From: Candidatus Oxydemutatoraceae bacterium | Lineage (GTDB): Bacteria; Pseudomonadota; Gammaproteobacteria; Poriferisulfidales; Oxydemutatoraceae | Reading direction: 5' to 3' | Length of the DNA stretch: 64,000 nucleotides | NCBI GenBank assembly: GCA_965218975.1 | Contig: OZ244717.1 | Location: forward strand, 1,408,001 to 1,472,000 | In this document: positions 51,823 through 61,361 of the stretch, piece by piece | Position numbering within the stretch: the first letter of the stretch is position 1 | Layout of the letters: every line of letters starts with the position of its first letter | The notes under the pieces: model-generated | Told to the model about the DNA's origin: nothing | Database searches by the model: none | What the model saw: only the letters and a program-made list of their open reading frames with translations | Translations under genes and position numbers: made by a program

Positions 51823-52478
51823 ATATATTGGCGACAGATACTGCGACCGAAGCGTGTTCTGCCGCTTTACTGTGCGGTGAGGAAGTTTTGAGTAAATTTG
51901 AAATCGCACCGCGGCAGCACAATCGTTTATTGTTTGAAATGTGTAAAGAATTGTTTGCTTCTGCCGGAATTACCGCCAGTCAGCTTGATGCGATAGCTTT
52001 TGGGCGAGGTCCCGGAACCTTTGTCGGAGTCCGTGTTGCAGCACTGTTCACTCAAGGCATCGCTTTTATCCATGATTTACCAGTAGTGACCGTCTCTGAC
52101 TTGCATGTTTTAGCACAGATGGCATTGAATCAATCTGACGCGGACCGAGTTTTAGTAACATTGGATGCAAGAATGGGGGAAATTTATTATGGCTATTTCC
52201 ATCGCCAAAATAGGTCGCAAGTTTGTTTGGAAGGAGAAGAAGCAGTGATCGCATCAAACGCATTGACATTGGCCGAGTTTGACGGAGCAATTTGCGGCGA
52301 TGGCATATCGGCTTGTCTGAAAGATCAGAAACATAATATTACATTATTAGAGAATATCGTATTCCCGGATGCGAAAACAATACTAACAATTGCTCAAGAG
52401 GCGATTGCTGCGGGGCGTACACTTTCCGCTGAACAAGCCTTACCGGTTTATTTACGTCATCCGGTGATGCGCAAATGA
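51819..52478 (+). CDS. tsaB: tRNA threonylcarbamoyladenosine biosynthesis protein TsaB
   Basis: ILATDTATEACSAAL, GRGPGTF.GVR, DARMGEIY, PVYLR. Confidence 0.95.
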   Translation: MNILATDTATEACSAALLCGEEVLSKFEIAPRQHNRLLFEMCKELFASAGITASQLDAIAFGRGPGTFVGVRVAALFTQGIAFIHDLPVVTVSDLHVLAQMALNQSDADRVLVTLDARMGEIYYGYFHRQNRSQVCLEGEEAVIASNALTLAEFDGAICGDGISACLKDQKHNITLLENIVFPDAKTILTIAQEAIAAGRTLSAEQALPVYLRHPVMRK

Positions 52479-52491
52479 TCTTTATAAATTT

Positions 52492-55320
52492 TCATTGTTT
52501 CATTCCGATAAGCTGCTTTTTCAAAGCAACATGTTGCGTCGCAAGTGTATCTGCTTGTTGTCTCGTTCGCTCAATAACTTCAATAGCAGCATGGTCGATA
52601 AAATTTTGACTTGCCAAGCGCTTACGGGTGCTATTTAGATTTTTTCGAATTTTTGTGATCTCTTTTTCAAGACGTTTAATTTCCGCATCGATATCGATCA
52701 GATTTTTAGCTGGAACCAGTATGTGAAGTTTGTGATGTACGGCAATTGCTGCAGTAGGGGGGGGGGCTCGTTCATCTAGCCACCGGATGCGGTCGAAATC
52801 CAGTTTGGCAAGTTGAACGATAAATTCTTGGTATTGATTGAAGTATGATTGGTCTTTTTGGGTATGGAATTGAAGTTTTAATGGAATCTTTGCGGCCGGT
52901 GAGATGTTCATCGTAGAGCGAATCCGACGAATATGTCCGATAAATTCCTTAAGCCAAATCACTTCTTCGGTTAAGCGATGCGGTTGAGAGTGATTTGTCT
53001 TTTCTGTGCCGAGTTTGGGTTCTATCTCGCCAATATTGTTTCGCAAACTGCGAAATTCTTTTTCGGTCGGGTAAGGACGTTGCTGTAAAAATTCTTCTCC
53101 GATATTTCCGATCGGTCCTTCTCGTTTTAGTTCTTGCCACAACTCTTCGGTTAAGAAAGGAATGAACGGATGGAGAAATCGCAGTATGGCTTCCAGCGTT
53201 TGCACCTGGCAGTGTTGGTTAACTTTTTTTGCTCGGGCATTATCAGAGCTTTGAATAACCTTGCAGAATTCCAAATACCAATCGCAGTAATCATGCCAAA
53301 CAAATTCGTACAGGGCATGAGTCGCCAAATCGAAGCGATAGTCGGAAAAGCACTTCGTCAAATCTTGTGTCAATTTTTCCATTTGGTAGCGTATCCATAA
53401 ATCAACCGGTTCATTTGACGAACTTGAAGCTTGTTGCGTCTCCACACAATTTGTCACTACGTAGCGTGCAGCGTTCCAAAGTTTGTTGCAAAAGTTTCGG
53501 TAGCCTTCAATGCGTTTGAATTCAAAGCGGATATCACGGTTATTGTTTGCCATAGCCATAAAGCTAAGGCGCAATGCGTCGGTACCATAGGCGGGAATTC
53601 CATTGGGAAACTGTTGACGTGTTTTCTTTTCGGCATGCTCGCGCATATGGGGTTGCATTAAAGCGCTGAGTCGCTTCCTAAGCAAATCGTCGAGTGAAAT
53701 ACCATCAATCAAGTCAATCGGGTCCAAAGTATTGCCTTTGGATTTAGACATCTTTTTGCCTTCACTGTCAAGAATTAAACCGTGTACGTAAACCTGTTTA
53801 AACGGCGCTTTCCCGGTGCATTCCAATCCCAACATAATCATTCGTGCAACCCAAAAGAAAATAATGTCGAACCCGGTAACTAACACACTAGTCGGATAAA
53901 AGCGTTTCATTTCATCGGTTTCTTCCGGCCAGCCTAAGGTAGAAAACGGCCAAAGCGCAGAAGAAAACCAAGTATCCAACACATCTTCATCTTGGCGTAA
54001 TGACATATTCGAGTGCAGGTGATTATTTGCCCGGACCTGTTCTTCGGATTCGCCGACATAACAATTACCTTGATCATCGTACCATGCCGGAATACGATGT
54101 CCCCACCATAATTGACGACTGATACACCAATCTTGAATTCGGTTCATCCATTCAAAGTATGTTTTTTCCCAATGTTTAGGCACAAATCGGATCGCTCCGT
54201 TTTTTACCGCGTCGCACGCTTTTTCTGCTAACGGTTCAACTTTGACAAACCACTGGTCGGTGAGCAAAGGTTCAATAATTTCTCCCGATCGGTCGCCGCG
54301 TGGGATCATGATTCTGCGTTGCTCGGTTTTAACTAATAGATTTTGTTCAGCCAAATCTTTTAGCACTTTTTTTCGCGCGGCAATGCGATTTAATCCACGA
54401 TAAGCTACGGGAACCGCGCCGTTTAATGAAGCGTCAGGATTCATAATATTGATCAATGGGAGCTCGTGTCGTTGTCCGATAATGTAGTCGTTAAAATCAT
54501 GTGCCGGGGTGATTTTGACGCATCCGGAACCAAACTCAGGGTCAACATACGAATCGCCGATGACTGGAATTTCGCGTTCGGTTAGCGGCAATGCAATCGT
54601 TTTGCCGATGAACTTCTGATAGCGAATATCATCAGGATGTGCCATGACGGCAGTATCACCGAACATGGTTTCGGGACGAGTGGTGGCAACGACGACGCTA
54701 TCGTTGCTATTCTTGGCAGGATAGCGTATATACCAGAGGTGCCCGTTTTCTTCTTGTGATAGTACCTCTAAGTCGGAAACTGCCGTTTGCAATACCGGGT
54801 CCCAGTTGACTAGCTTCTTGCCACGATAAATTAATGACTTTTCATATAAATCTATAAATACTTTTGTTACAACGCGGGACATGTCGGGATCTAAGGTAAA
54901 GCGTTCCCGCGACCAATCGAAAGATGCCCCTAGGCGGCATAGCTGCTTTTGAATCATCCCCCCGGATTGTTCTTTCCATTCCCATACTTTATCGATAAAT
55001 TTTCTCCTGCCAAGCGATTGACGAGTTTGATTCTGTGCTTCGAGCTGGCGCTCGACAACCATTTGTGTCGCAATGCCGGCATGATCAATACCTAGTTGCC
55101 ACAGCGCGTCAAAACCTAGCATTCTGTGATAACGAATCAAACAGTCCATAACCGTGCTCTGAAAAGCGTGTCCCATGTGCAAAGTCCCGGTAACGTTTGG
55201 AGGGGGAAGGATGATACAGTAGCCATCTTTATCGTTATTTTTTAGCCTAAAAAGACCTTTATCTAAAGCTTTTTGATAATTCCTGCGCTCGATTTTTTCA
55301 GGCACATAAATTTTTTCCAT
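52492..55320 (-). CDS. valS: Valine--tRNA ligase
   Basis: PPPNVTGTLHMGH, DHAGIATQ, TTRPET, WCISRQLWWGH, KMSKS, C-terminal coiled coil. Confidence 0.99.
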   Translation of the reverse strand: MEKIYVPEKIERRNYQKALDKGLFRLKNNDKDGYCIILPPPNVTGTLHMGHAFQSTVMDCLIRYHRMLGFDALWQLGIDHAGIATQMVVERQLEAQNQTRQSLGRRKFIDKVWEWKEQSGGMIQKQLCRLGASFDWSRERFTLDPDMSRVVTKVFIDLYEKSLIYRGKKLVNWDPVLQTAVSDLEVLSQEENGHLWYIRYPAKNSNDSVVVATTRPETMFGDTAVMAHPDDIRYQKFIGKTIALPLTEREIPVIGDSYVDPEFGSGCVKITPAHDFNDYIIGQRHELPLINIMNPDASLNGAVPVAYRGLNRIAARKKVLKDLAEQNLLVKTEQRRIMIPRGDRSGEIIEPLLTDQWFVKVEPLAEKACDAVKNGAIRFVPKHWEKTYFEWMNRIQDWCISRQLWWGHRIPAWYDDQGNCYVGESEEQVRANNHLHSNMSLRQDEDVLDTWFSSALWPFSTLGWPEETDEMKRFYPTSVLVTGFDIIFFWVARMIMLGLECTGKAPFKQVYVHGLILDSEGKKMSKSKGNTLDPIDLIDGISLDDLLRKRLSALMQPHMREHAEKKTRQQFPNGIPAYGTDALRLSFMAMANNNRDIRFEFKRIEGYRNFCNKLWNAARYVVTNCVETQQASSSSNEPVDLWIRYQMEKLTQDLTKCFSDYRFDLATHALYEFVWHDYCDWYLEFCKVIQSSDNARAKKVNQHCQVQTLEAILRFLHPFIPFLTEELWQELKREGPIGNIGEEFLQQRPYPTEKEFRSLRNNIGEIEPKLGTEKTNHSQPHRLTEEVIWLKEFIGHIRRIRSTMNISPAAKIPLKLQFHTQKDQSYFNQYQEFIVQLAKLDFDRIRWLDERAPPPTAAIAVHHKLHILVPAKNLIDIDAEIKRLEKEITKIRKNLNSTRKRLASQNFIDHAAIEVIERTRQQADTLATQHVALKKQLIGMKQ

Positions 55321-55340
55321 TGGACTAGAAAATTGAAAAG

Positions 55341-56819
55341 TTAATGGTTTACGTTGTGTAATAAAAACTCAACCAATAAAGGTACCGGGCGACCGGTTGC
55401 CCCTTTCATTTTACCGGTACGCCAAGCAACTCCGGCAATATCCAAATGTGCCCACGGATAGTCTTCAGTGAATCGTGATAGGAAACATGCTGCGGTAACA
55501 GCGCCACCCCAACGACCGCCGATGTTTGCCATGTCGGCAAAATTACTGTCGAGTTGCGATTGATAGTCATCCCATAGGGGTAATTGCCACGCGCGGTCGC
55601 CAGATCGCTCTCCGGCATGTAACAATTGTTTAATCAGCGTTTGGTCGTTCCCCATCAAGCCTGCGGGAATCCGGCCCAGCGCAACTACGCAAGCACCGGT
55701 CAATGTTGCGATGTCGATTATATATTTAGGCTTATAACGCTGCGCATAAGTGAGGGCATCGCATAACACTAAACGTCCTTCGGCATCGGTATTAAGGATT
55801 TCAACAGTTTGTCCGGACATAGTAGTAACGATATCACCAGGCTTGCTGGCATTGCCCCCAGGCATATTTTCGGCACAAGCAAGTATGCCAACGACATTCA
55901 ACGGCAGTCTCATCCGAACGCAAGCAGCGATAGTCCCAATGACGCTGGCCGCTCCGGACATATCAAATTTCATTTCATCCATCGTTGCACTGGGTTTGAT
56001 CGAAATGCCACCGGTATCAAAAGTGATACCTTTGCCCACTAATACAATGGATGCTTGCCGAACAGGAGTATTTTTGTATTCAATGCAAACGAGTTTGCCG
56101 GGATGGTGGCTGCCGCGACTAACAGATAAAAATGCGCCCATACCCAACCGCTTCAGTGTACTTTCTTCCAAAACTTTTATATTGATTTTAGTGGAATTGT
56201 GTGCCAGTTTGTAAGCTTGTTGAGCAAGATAAGCGGGAGTGCAAATATTCCCCGGCAAATTGCTCAGATCGCGTGCGATACTCATGCCGTGGTGGATTGC
56301 ATTTGCCTGATGCAATGCATCTTGCAAGGCACGACTATGGTTGGCGGTATGAAATTGCAACGTCTGTAAGGATTTCGGTTCGGGTTTTTTGCTGATTGTC
56401 GTAGTGTATTGATAACTCGCATTTTGAAGCGCTAATGCAACGCAGCGAAAAATCCACGTTTTATCAACGCCTTTGACAGCTATTTCATCCAGACAAACCA
56501 AGGCAGTTTTTGAGCGGGTATGCAGCATTTTTTCGGCGCAAGTTTGAGCAAAGCGCATAAACCGGACCATATTCATTTCTGACGTTCTACCCATCCCGGC
56601 TAGGATAATTCGCCGATAGTGAGAGCCGGTCGTATATATAGTTAAACTTTTGTTATATTTGCTGGAATACTTTTCTTGTCGTACAATTCTTTCAAGCAAG
56701 CCTTGGGTGTGTTCATTGATCGCTTTGTACGCTTTTAACCGTCGACCTTGAACCATCGGCAGCAATAAAGTTTCCGCTCGGATACGCGTTAGATTTTTTG
56801 TGGTGATTTCAATTTTCAT
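55341..56819 (-). CDS. pepA: Leucyl aminopeptidase PepA
   Basis: VGKGITFDTGG, MKFDMSG, NTDAEGRL, ATLTGA, WAHLDIAG; ATG 56819 preferred over 56870. Confidence 0.97.
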   Translation of the reverse strand: MKIEITTKNLTRIRAETLLLPMVQGRRLKAYKAINEHTQGLLERIVRQEKYSSKYNKSLTIYTTGSHYRRIILAGMGRTSEMNMVRFMRFAQTCAEKMLHTRSKTALVCLDEIAVKGVDKTWIFRCVALALQNASYQYTTTISKKPEPKSLQTLQFHTANHSRALQDALHQANAIHHGMSIARDLSNLPGNICTPAYLAQQAYKLAHNSTKINIKVLEESTLKRLGMGAFLSVSRGSHHPGKLVCIEYKNTPVRQASIVLVGKGITFDTGGISIKPSATMDEMKFDMSGAASVIGTIAACVRMRLPLNVVGILACAENMPGGNASKPGDIVTTMSGQTVEILNTDAEGRLVLCDALTYAQRYKPKYIIDIATLTGACVVALGRIPAGLMGNDQTLIKQLLHAGERSGDRAWQLPLWDDYQSQLDSNFADMANIGGRWGGAVTAACFLSRFTEDYPWAHLDIAGVAWRTGKMKGATGRPVPLLVEFLLHNVNH

Positions 56820-57070
56820 TGCTAGCCTGCCATTAAATTTAAGAAGTTTAAAAAAATGAAAGCATAACATAGTGTTATAGTAAATTTCCGGTTTTCTTGG
56901 TGCGCTATTGCAAGTTGATGCGAAGGATGGATTGGGAATTTAGTGATGATATTATTGTGGCGAATTATGCCGAGTTTAAATTCCGCTCATCCGCTGTTTT
57001 ACGTAATATGAATACCAAAGTTTTTCAAAATAAGAGAGCGCTCCGAGATGAGTAAAGGTATCAGAGGTTA

Positions 57071-58180
57071 TTGTTGAATATGCAAACATTTAGCCGTTAT
57101 TTGTTTAAGGAGCTATTGAAAAACTTCTCGGCAGTTTTTTTTATCCTACAGGCTATTATTACGAGTCATGTCTTGACCCAACTGTTTGAAGACTCGATTC
57201 AAGGCAAGTATTCGTACAATGCCGTATTTTGGATATTTATCTATATTAGTTTGGATACCGTAATTGTAACATTGCCATTTTCCGTGATGCTTGCTGTATT
57301 ACTGACATTCGGACGTTACCATCGCGATAACGAATTATGTGCCGCTTTTTCGGTCGGAGTGGGATATTGCGAAATTGTTAAAGTTATGGCAGTTTTTACA
57401 TTACCGCTGGCAGCTTTGCTTTTTATGTTTATGATGGAAGTATCGCCCGCGCTCAAAGTCAGACATGAACAAATTAAAATATCGTTGCAGGAAGGAATGG
57501 ATATCGGCGCTGTTACCGCTGGAAAATTCATTAGCGCCGGTGAAGGCTTTGTTATATTTGTCGAAGATTATGATCGCAGAGAAAGTGAGTTAAAAAATAT
57601 TTTCATCGCTAAACAAGACAAGTCTATTGTGGAAATCGCAAAATCCGGTAGACAAATAATTCATGAGGATGGCAACAAACGGTTTCATTTATATCAAGGG
57701 CATCGCTATCAGGGAATTCCGGGTAAAACTTCGTTTCACTTTACGGAGTTTGACGAACATTGGATTGAGCTTCCCCAAGTAAATTTACCTTTTAAATATA
57801 AAGATGTAAAAGCTTATTCGTTGAAGGATTTGGATATGGCGCAATTGTCCGCCAGAGCTGAACTGCACAGACGCTTATCGATACCGGCTATTTTAATATT
57901 ATTGTCATTTTTTGCTTTTGCTATCAGTAAACCTTCGCGGCAAAGAAATATGCGTAATGACCGGTATACCCGCCTGGCCATTGGAATTTTGTTTTTTCTA
58001 ATTTATACCAACGGTAGCATTTTGCTCGTCAATTTAGGATCGAATCACGCAGGATTCTTATATTTAATGTGGGCAGCCCACGGCATGTTAGCCGTGTACG
58101 TATTCCTGGCATTATCCGGTTGGTCGAGGCAAAAAGTTCTAAGATTTATTTTAACGAAACAGGCCGATGCGTACTCTTGA
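57071..58180 (+). CDS. lptF: LPS export ABC transporter permease LptF
   Basis: RYLFKE, GRYHRDNE, G.RY.G.PG, AELHRRLSIP; divergent from pepA and upstream of lptG. Confidence 0.9.
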   Translation: MLNMQTFSRYLFKELLKNFSAVFFILQAIITSHVLTQLFEDSIQGKYSYNAVFWIFIYISLDTVIVTLPFSVMLAVLLTFGRYHRDNELCAAFSVGVGYCEIVKVMAVFTLPLAALLFMFMMEVSPALKVRHEQIKISLQEGMDIGAVTAGKFISAGEGFVIFVEDYDRRESELKNIFIAKQDKSIVEIAKSGRQIIHEDGNKRFHLYQGHRYQGIPGKTSFHFTEFDEHWIELPQVNLPFKYKDVKAYSLKDLDMAQLSARAELHRRLSIPAILILLSFFAFAISKPSRQRNMRNDRYTRLAIGILFFLIYTNGSILLVNLGSNHAGFLYLMWAAHGMLAVYVFLALSGWSRQKVLRFILTKQADAYS

Positions 58181-59240
58181 CCGTTATCTATCGATTCAAG
58201 TTATTAAAGCTTGTCTTCTAGTATTGGTTGCTTTAGTAGGAATTTCAGCGCTGTTGGATTTCATTCACCAGCTAAGTAAAATCGATAATGTTTCGGGATT
58301 AAGCACTGCAATTTATTTCACCCTGTTGGAATTGCCGGGAAACGTTTACGAATTAATGCCGATTTCGGTGCTGGCAGGTAGTTTGATGAGCTTTAGTACA
58401 TTGATTACGCAGGCTGAGTTGGTTGCCGCCGGAGCACTGGGTTACTCACGCAAAGGCACCATATTATTGACACTTAAAGTCGCCGGCATTTTTATTGTGG
58501 CTATGGTCATTTGCGGAAATTTCTTAATCCCAATAGCGGAAAAAAGCATTCGGCATCTGAAAGAAGGTGAAGGTTTCGATTTTCAACCGGTTAATTCAAA
58601 TTTGTGGATACGCGACGGACGCAATTTTATTCATGTGGAATATGCGCTAGGGGAACGTTATTACAACGTATCCTTATTTGAGTATGACACAAAGCATGAA
58701 AGATTATCGGCAATAACGCAGGCCAATTCGATGATGGTAGATGAAACCCAGTTTGTTTTGTCAAATCCTGAAGTTGCACAAATCAATAGTAAGCAAATAA
58801 ATCTATTGCCATTAGAGTCTAAAATCATTCAACGTAAAGTCAAAACCGAAGGTGTGGTTCTTCAAGTGATTACCCCGGAGATATTAAATGCGTGGGATTT
58901 ATATCGCCATACCGCCTTTTTAAAAGAGAATCAGCTTTATTCGGACTTTCACGAATTGGAGCTATGGAAACGTTTTAGCGACCCGCTTTCTATTCTTGTC
59001 ATGTTACTGCTTGCACTACCGCTTATTTTTACTGAAAAACGTGATGCTAGCGTCGGGTTAAATCTATTGCTTGGTTTGGTCATCGGATTATCTTATGTAA
59101 TCTTGGACCGTTTGATTAATGGGATGTTACTCTTTTTTGAAGTGAACGCTTTTTGGGGAGCTTTCACACTGTTATTTTTATCCGCGCTTATCGGTAGTAT
59201 TCGCCTGCGCGAACATTCGGCACTCAATCTTTTTCGTTAA
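58167..59240 (+). CDS. lptG: LPS export ABC transporter permease LptG
   Basis: MRTLDRYL, P..VYELMP...L.G, EL.A..A.G.S, LWIRDG, ELELWKR. Confidence 0.9.
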   Translation: MRTLDRYLSIQVIKACLLVLVALVGISALLDFIHQLSKIDNVSGLSTAIYFTLLELPGNVYELMPISVLAGSLMSFSTLITQAELVAAGALGYSRKGTILLTLKVAGIFIVAMVICGNFLIPIAEKSIRHLKEGEGFDFQPVNSNLWIRDGRNFIHVEYALGERYYNVSLFEYDTKHERLSAITQANSMMVDETQFVLSNPEVAQINSKQINLLPLESKIIQRKVKTEGVVLQVITPEILNAWDLYRHTAFLKENQLYSDFHELELWKRFSDPLSILVMLLLALPLIFTEKRDASVGLNLLLGLVIGLSYVILDRLINGMLLFFEVNAFWGAFTLLFLSALIGSIRLREHSALNLFR

Positions 59241-59664
59241 GAACCAACCGTGTGTCGGATAGCCGGTCGTGCCAAGCTAGTTTTTCCGGATCTATTAAAA
59301 CCCAGAGAAATCCAAGCCCGGCAAATAACCACGATAATATTGCACTGCCACTACGGCTGATTGACGTTAACCATGATATGTTCGTCTGCCGAATGCTAAT
59401 CAAACGGAATTTCCAGGCTTTCATCCCGACGGTTTGTCCGCCGTGCATCCAGCACCATGCGAAATACAGAAAAATTGCAAGAAACATAAAGGCGACATAA
59501 TATGGGTAACTACGACTCCCAAAGTTAATGCCGATAGCGGTGGAGAAAGCGGTAACAATCATTAAGCAAGCAAAAATAATCAAGCTGTCATAAAAGATTG
59601 CGGCGAGCCTTTGACCTAAGCCGACGGTCGTTCCCATTTCGACGGAATGATGCATTTGTGTCAT
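59224..59664 (-). CDS. RDD family membrane protein
   Basis: RLAAIFYD, GGQTVGMKAW, WHDRLS.T. Confidence 0.9.
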   Translation of the reverse strand: MTQMHHSVEMGTTVGLGQRLAAIFYDSLIIFACLMIVTAFSTAIGINFGSRSYPYYVAFMFLAIFLYFAWCWMHGGQTVGMKAWKFRLISIRQTNISWLTSISRSGSAILSWLFAGLGFLWVLIDPEKLAWHDRLSDTRLVLNEKD

Positions 59665-59703
59665 AATTGGGCTTTGATAGCATGTACCGGATAGTGTAGC
59701 ACA

Positions 59704-60594
59704 GTGAATTTATCAACCGATATTAAATTGTTCATCAATGCCTTGCTCTCGCAAGATGGGCTAAGTCGCAACACTGTGGCAGCGTATCGTCGAGACGTAC
59801 AAGAATTCTCGAAATATTTGCCAAAACATCTTACCTTAAAAGATGCGGACAAATCAGATATTCAGGCTTATCTTAAACACCGGCTTAAACGAGGGTATAG
59901 CATGCGATCCAACAGTCGGTTATTATCTTCTCTGAAACGATATTATCTTTTTTTGATCATGCAAAAGCGTTGCAGCGAAAATCCATGCAGCAACCTTTCT
60001 TTCCCTAAGCTAGGCAAACACTTACCTACGATATTAACTGAGAGGGAGATTAAGAATTTGCTTGTTGCACCGGAGCAAGACAAGCCAACGGGCCTACGTG
60101 ATAAAGCAATCCTCGAACTACTATACGCGTGTGGTTTACGCATATCGGAGTTAACGTCACTAGAATCGTCGCAAGTATTTCTAAATGACGGCTATGTACG
60201 GGTACGCGGTAAGGGTGGTAAGGAACGATTGGTACCGATCGGAGAGGAAGCGACAGGGTGTTTGTTACGTTATCTAAAGGAAAGCAGACCGATCTTGCTA
60301 GGTAACAGAAACAACAGCAAAGCGTTGTTTTTAAGCAATCGCGGCAACCCCGTTAGCCGACAAAGCTGTTGGTATATGATTCAAAACCTTGCTCGTAAAG
60401 CAGGAATCGTGAAGCATTTGACTCCTCACACCCTGCGTCACGCTTTTGCGACACATCTATTAGACCATGGCGCCGATTTGCGAGTCGTACAACTGTTATT
60501 AGGGCATAATAGTCTTTCGACAACGCAGATCTATACTCATATTGCGCGGCATCGTTTGCAGAATCTGCATCAGACACACCACCCGCGAGGGTAG
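59704..60594 (+). CDS. xerD: Site-specific tyrosine recombinase XerD
   Basis: GLS.NT..AY..D, LYACGLRISEL, GKGGKERLVP, HTLRHAFATHLL, LLGH, TQIYTH, HHPRG; xerD-dsbC synteny. Confidence 0.96.
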   Translation: MNLSTDIKLFINALLSQDGLSRNTVAAYRRDVQEFSKYLPKHLTLKDADKSDIQAYLKHRLKRGYSMRSNSRLLSSLKRYYLFLIMQKRCSENPCSNLSFPKLGKHLPTILTEREIKNLLVAPEQDKPTGLRDKAILELLYACGLRISELTSLESSQVFLNDGYVRVRGKGGKERLVPIGEEATGCLLRYLKESRPILLGNRNNSKALFLSNRGNPVSRQSCWYMIQNLARKAGIVKHLTPHTLRHAFATHLLDHGADLRVVQLLLGHNSLSTTQIYTHIARHRLQNLHQTHHPRG

Positions 60595-60605
60595 AGAATG
60601 CAATA

Positions 60606-61361
60606 ATGTTAAAAGCACTTAGAATATTTTCTCAGTTTTTTGTGTTTATTTTGCTGATTATTTTTGTTACGGCGGGCTTGTGCTATGCTCAAACCGCTCC
60701 GCCAAAAATTCAGGCGTTGGTTGACCGGCTATTTCCGAAAAATACTCCCAACGAAGCGGATGAAATTCGTGAAAGCTCCATCCCAGGAATTTATGAAATT
60801 AGATTAAGGAACCAAGTTTTTTTTATTGATAAAAAAGGGGAATTTCTACTCAATGGTGAATTGATTGATTTGCAAACAATGCAAAACCTGACTCAAGCCA
60901 GTTTGATGCGGTTTCATAAGGAGATGCTTGAAAAAGTTGCGCCGAATAGCTGGGTTCAATTTGAGCCGAAAAACGTAAAGTATGTTTTGTATGTTTTTAC
61001 TGACGTCGATTGTCATTTTTGTCGTAAATTTCATGGGCATATCGACGAACTATTGGACTTAGGGGTTGAAGTACGTTACTTATTTGCTCCGTTTCGCGGT
61101 CCGGATGCTTATGCGCGCGCAGTCGGAGTTTGGTGTTCCGCAAACCCTCAGGCGGCGATGACCATCGCTAAAAAAGGCAAAGACATTCCATTACGCCAAT
61201 GTGACAATCCGATTGAAAAACATTTGGAAATTGTTCGCGAGATGGGTATTCGCGGCACACCTCATATCATTTTGACTAACGGGCAAGTAATCAAAGGTTA
61301 TGTTGAACCTGAAAAATTGCTTAAGCGTATTGAAATTGCCGGCGTCAAACCACGTAGTTAA
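60606..61361 (+). CDS. dsbC: Disulfide isomerase DsbC
   Basis: Signal peptide, dimerisation domain, VFTDVDCHFC, VWC...C, GIRGTP, GY. Confidence 0.92.
   Translation: MLKALRIFSQFFVFILLIIFVTAGLCYAQTAPPKIQALVDRLFPKNTPNEADEIRESSIPGIYEIRLRNQVFFIDKKGEFLLNGELIDLQTMQNLTQASLMRFHKEMLEKVAPNSWVQFEPKNVKYVLYVFTDVDCHFCRKFHGHIDELLDLGVEVRYLFAPFRGPDAYARAVGVWCSANPQAAMTIAKKGKDIPLRQCDNPIEKHLEIVREMGIRGTPHIILTNGQVIKGYVEPEKLLKRIEIAGVKPRS

Noticed and set aside
52757-52766. G10 homopolymer as a phase-variation tract
   Set aside because: In frame within essential valS (encodes APPP); slippage would be deleterious
59704-60594. Phage or island integrase
   Set aside because: Typical XerD sequence, with xerD-dsbC synteny and no att site or cargo
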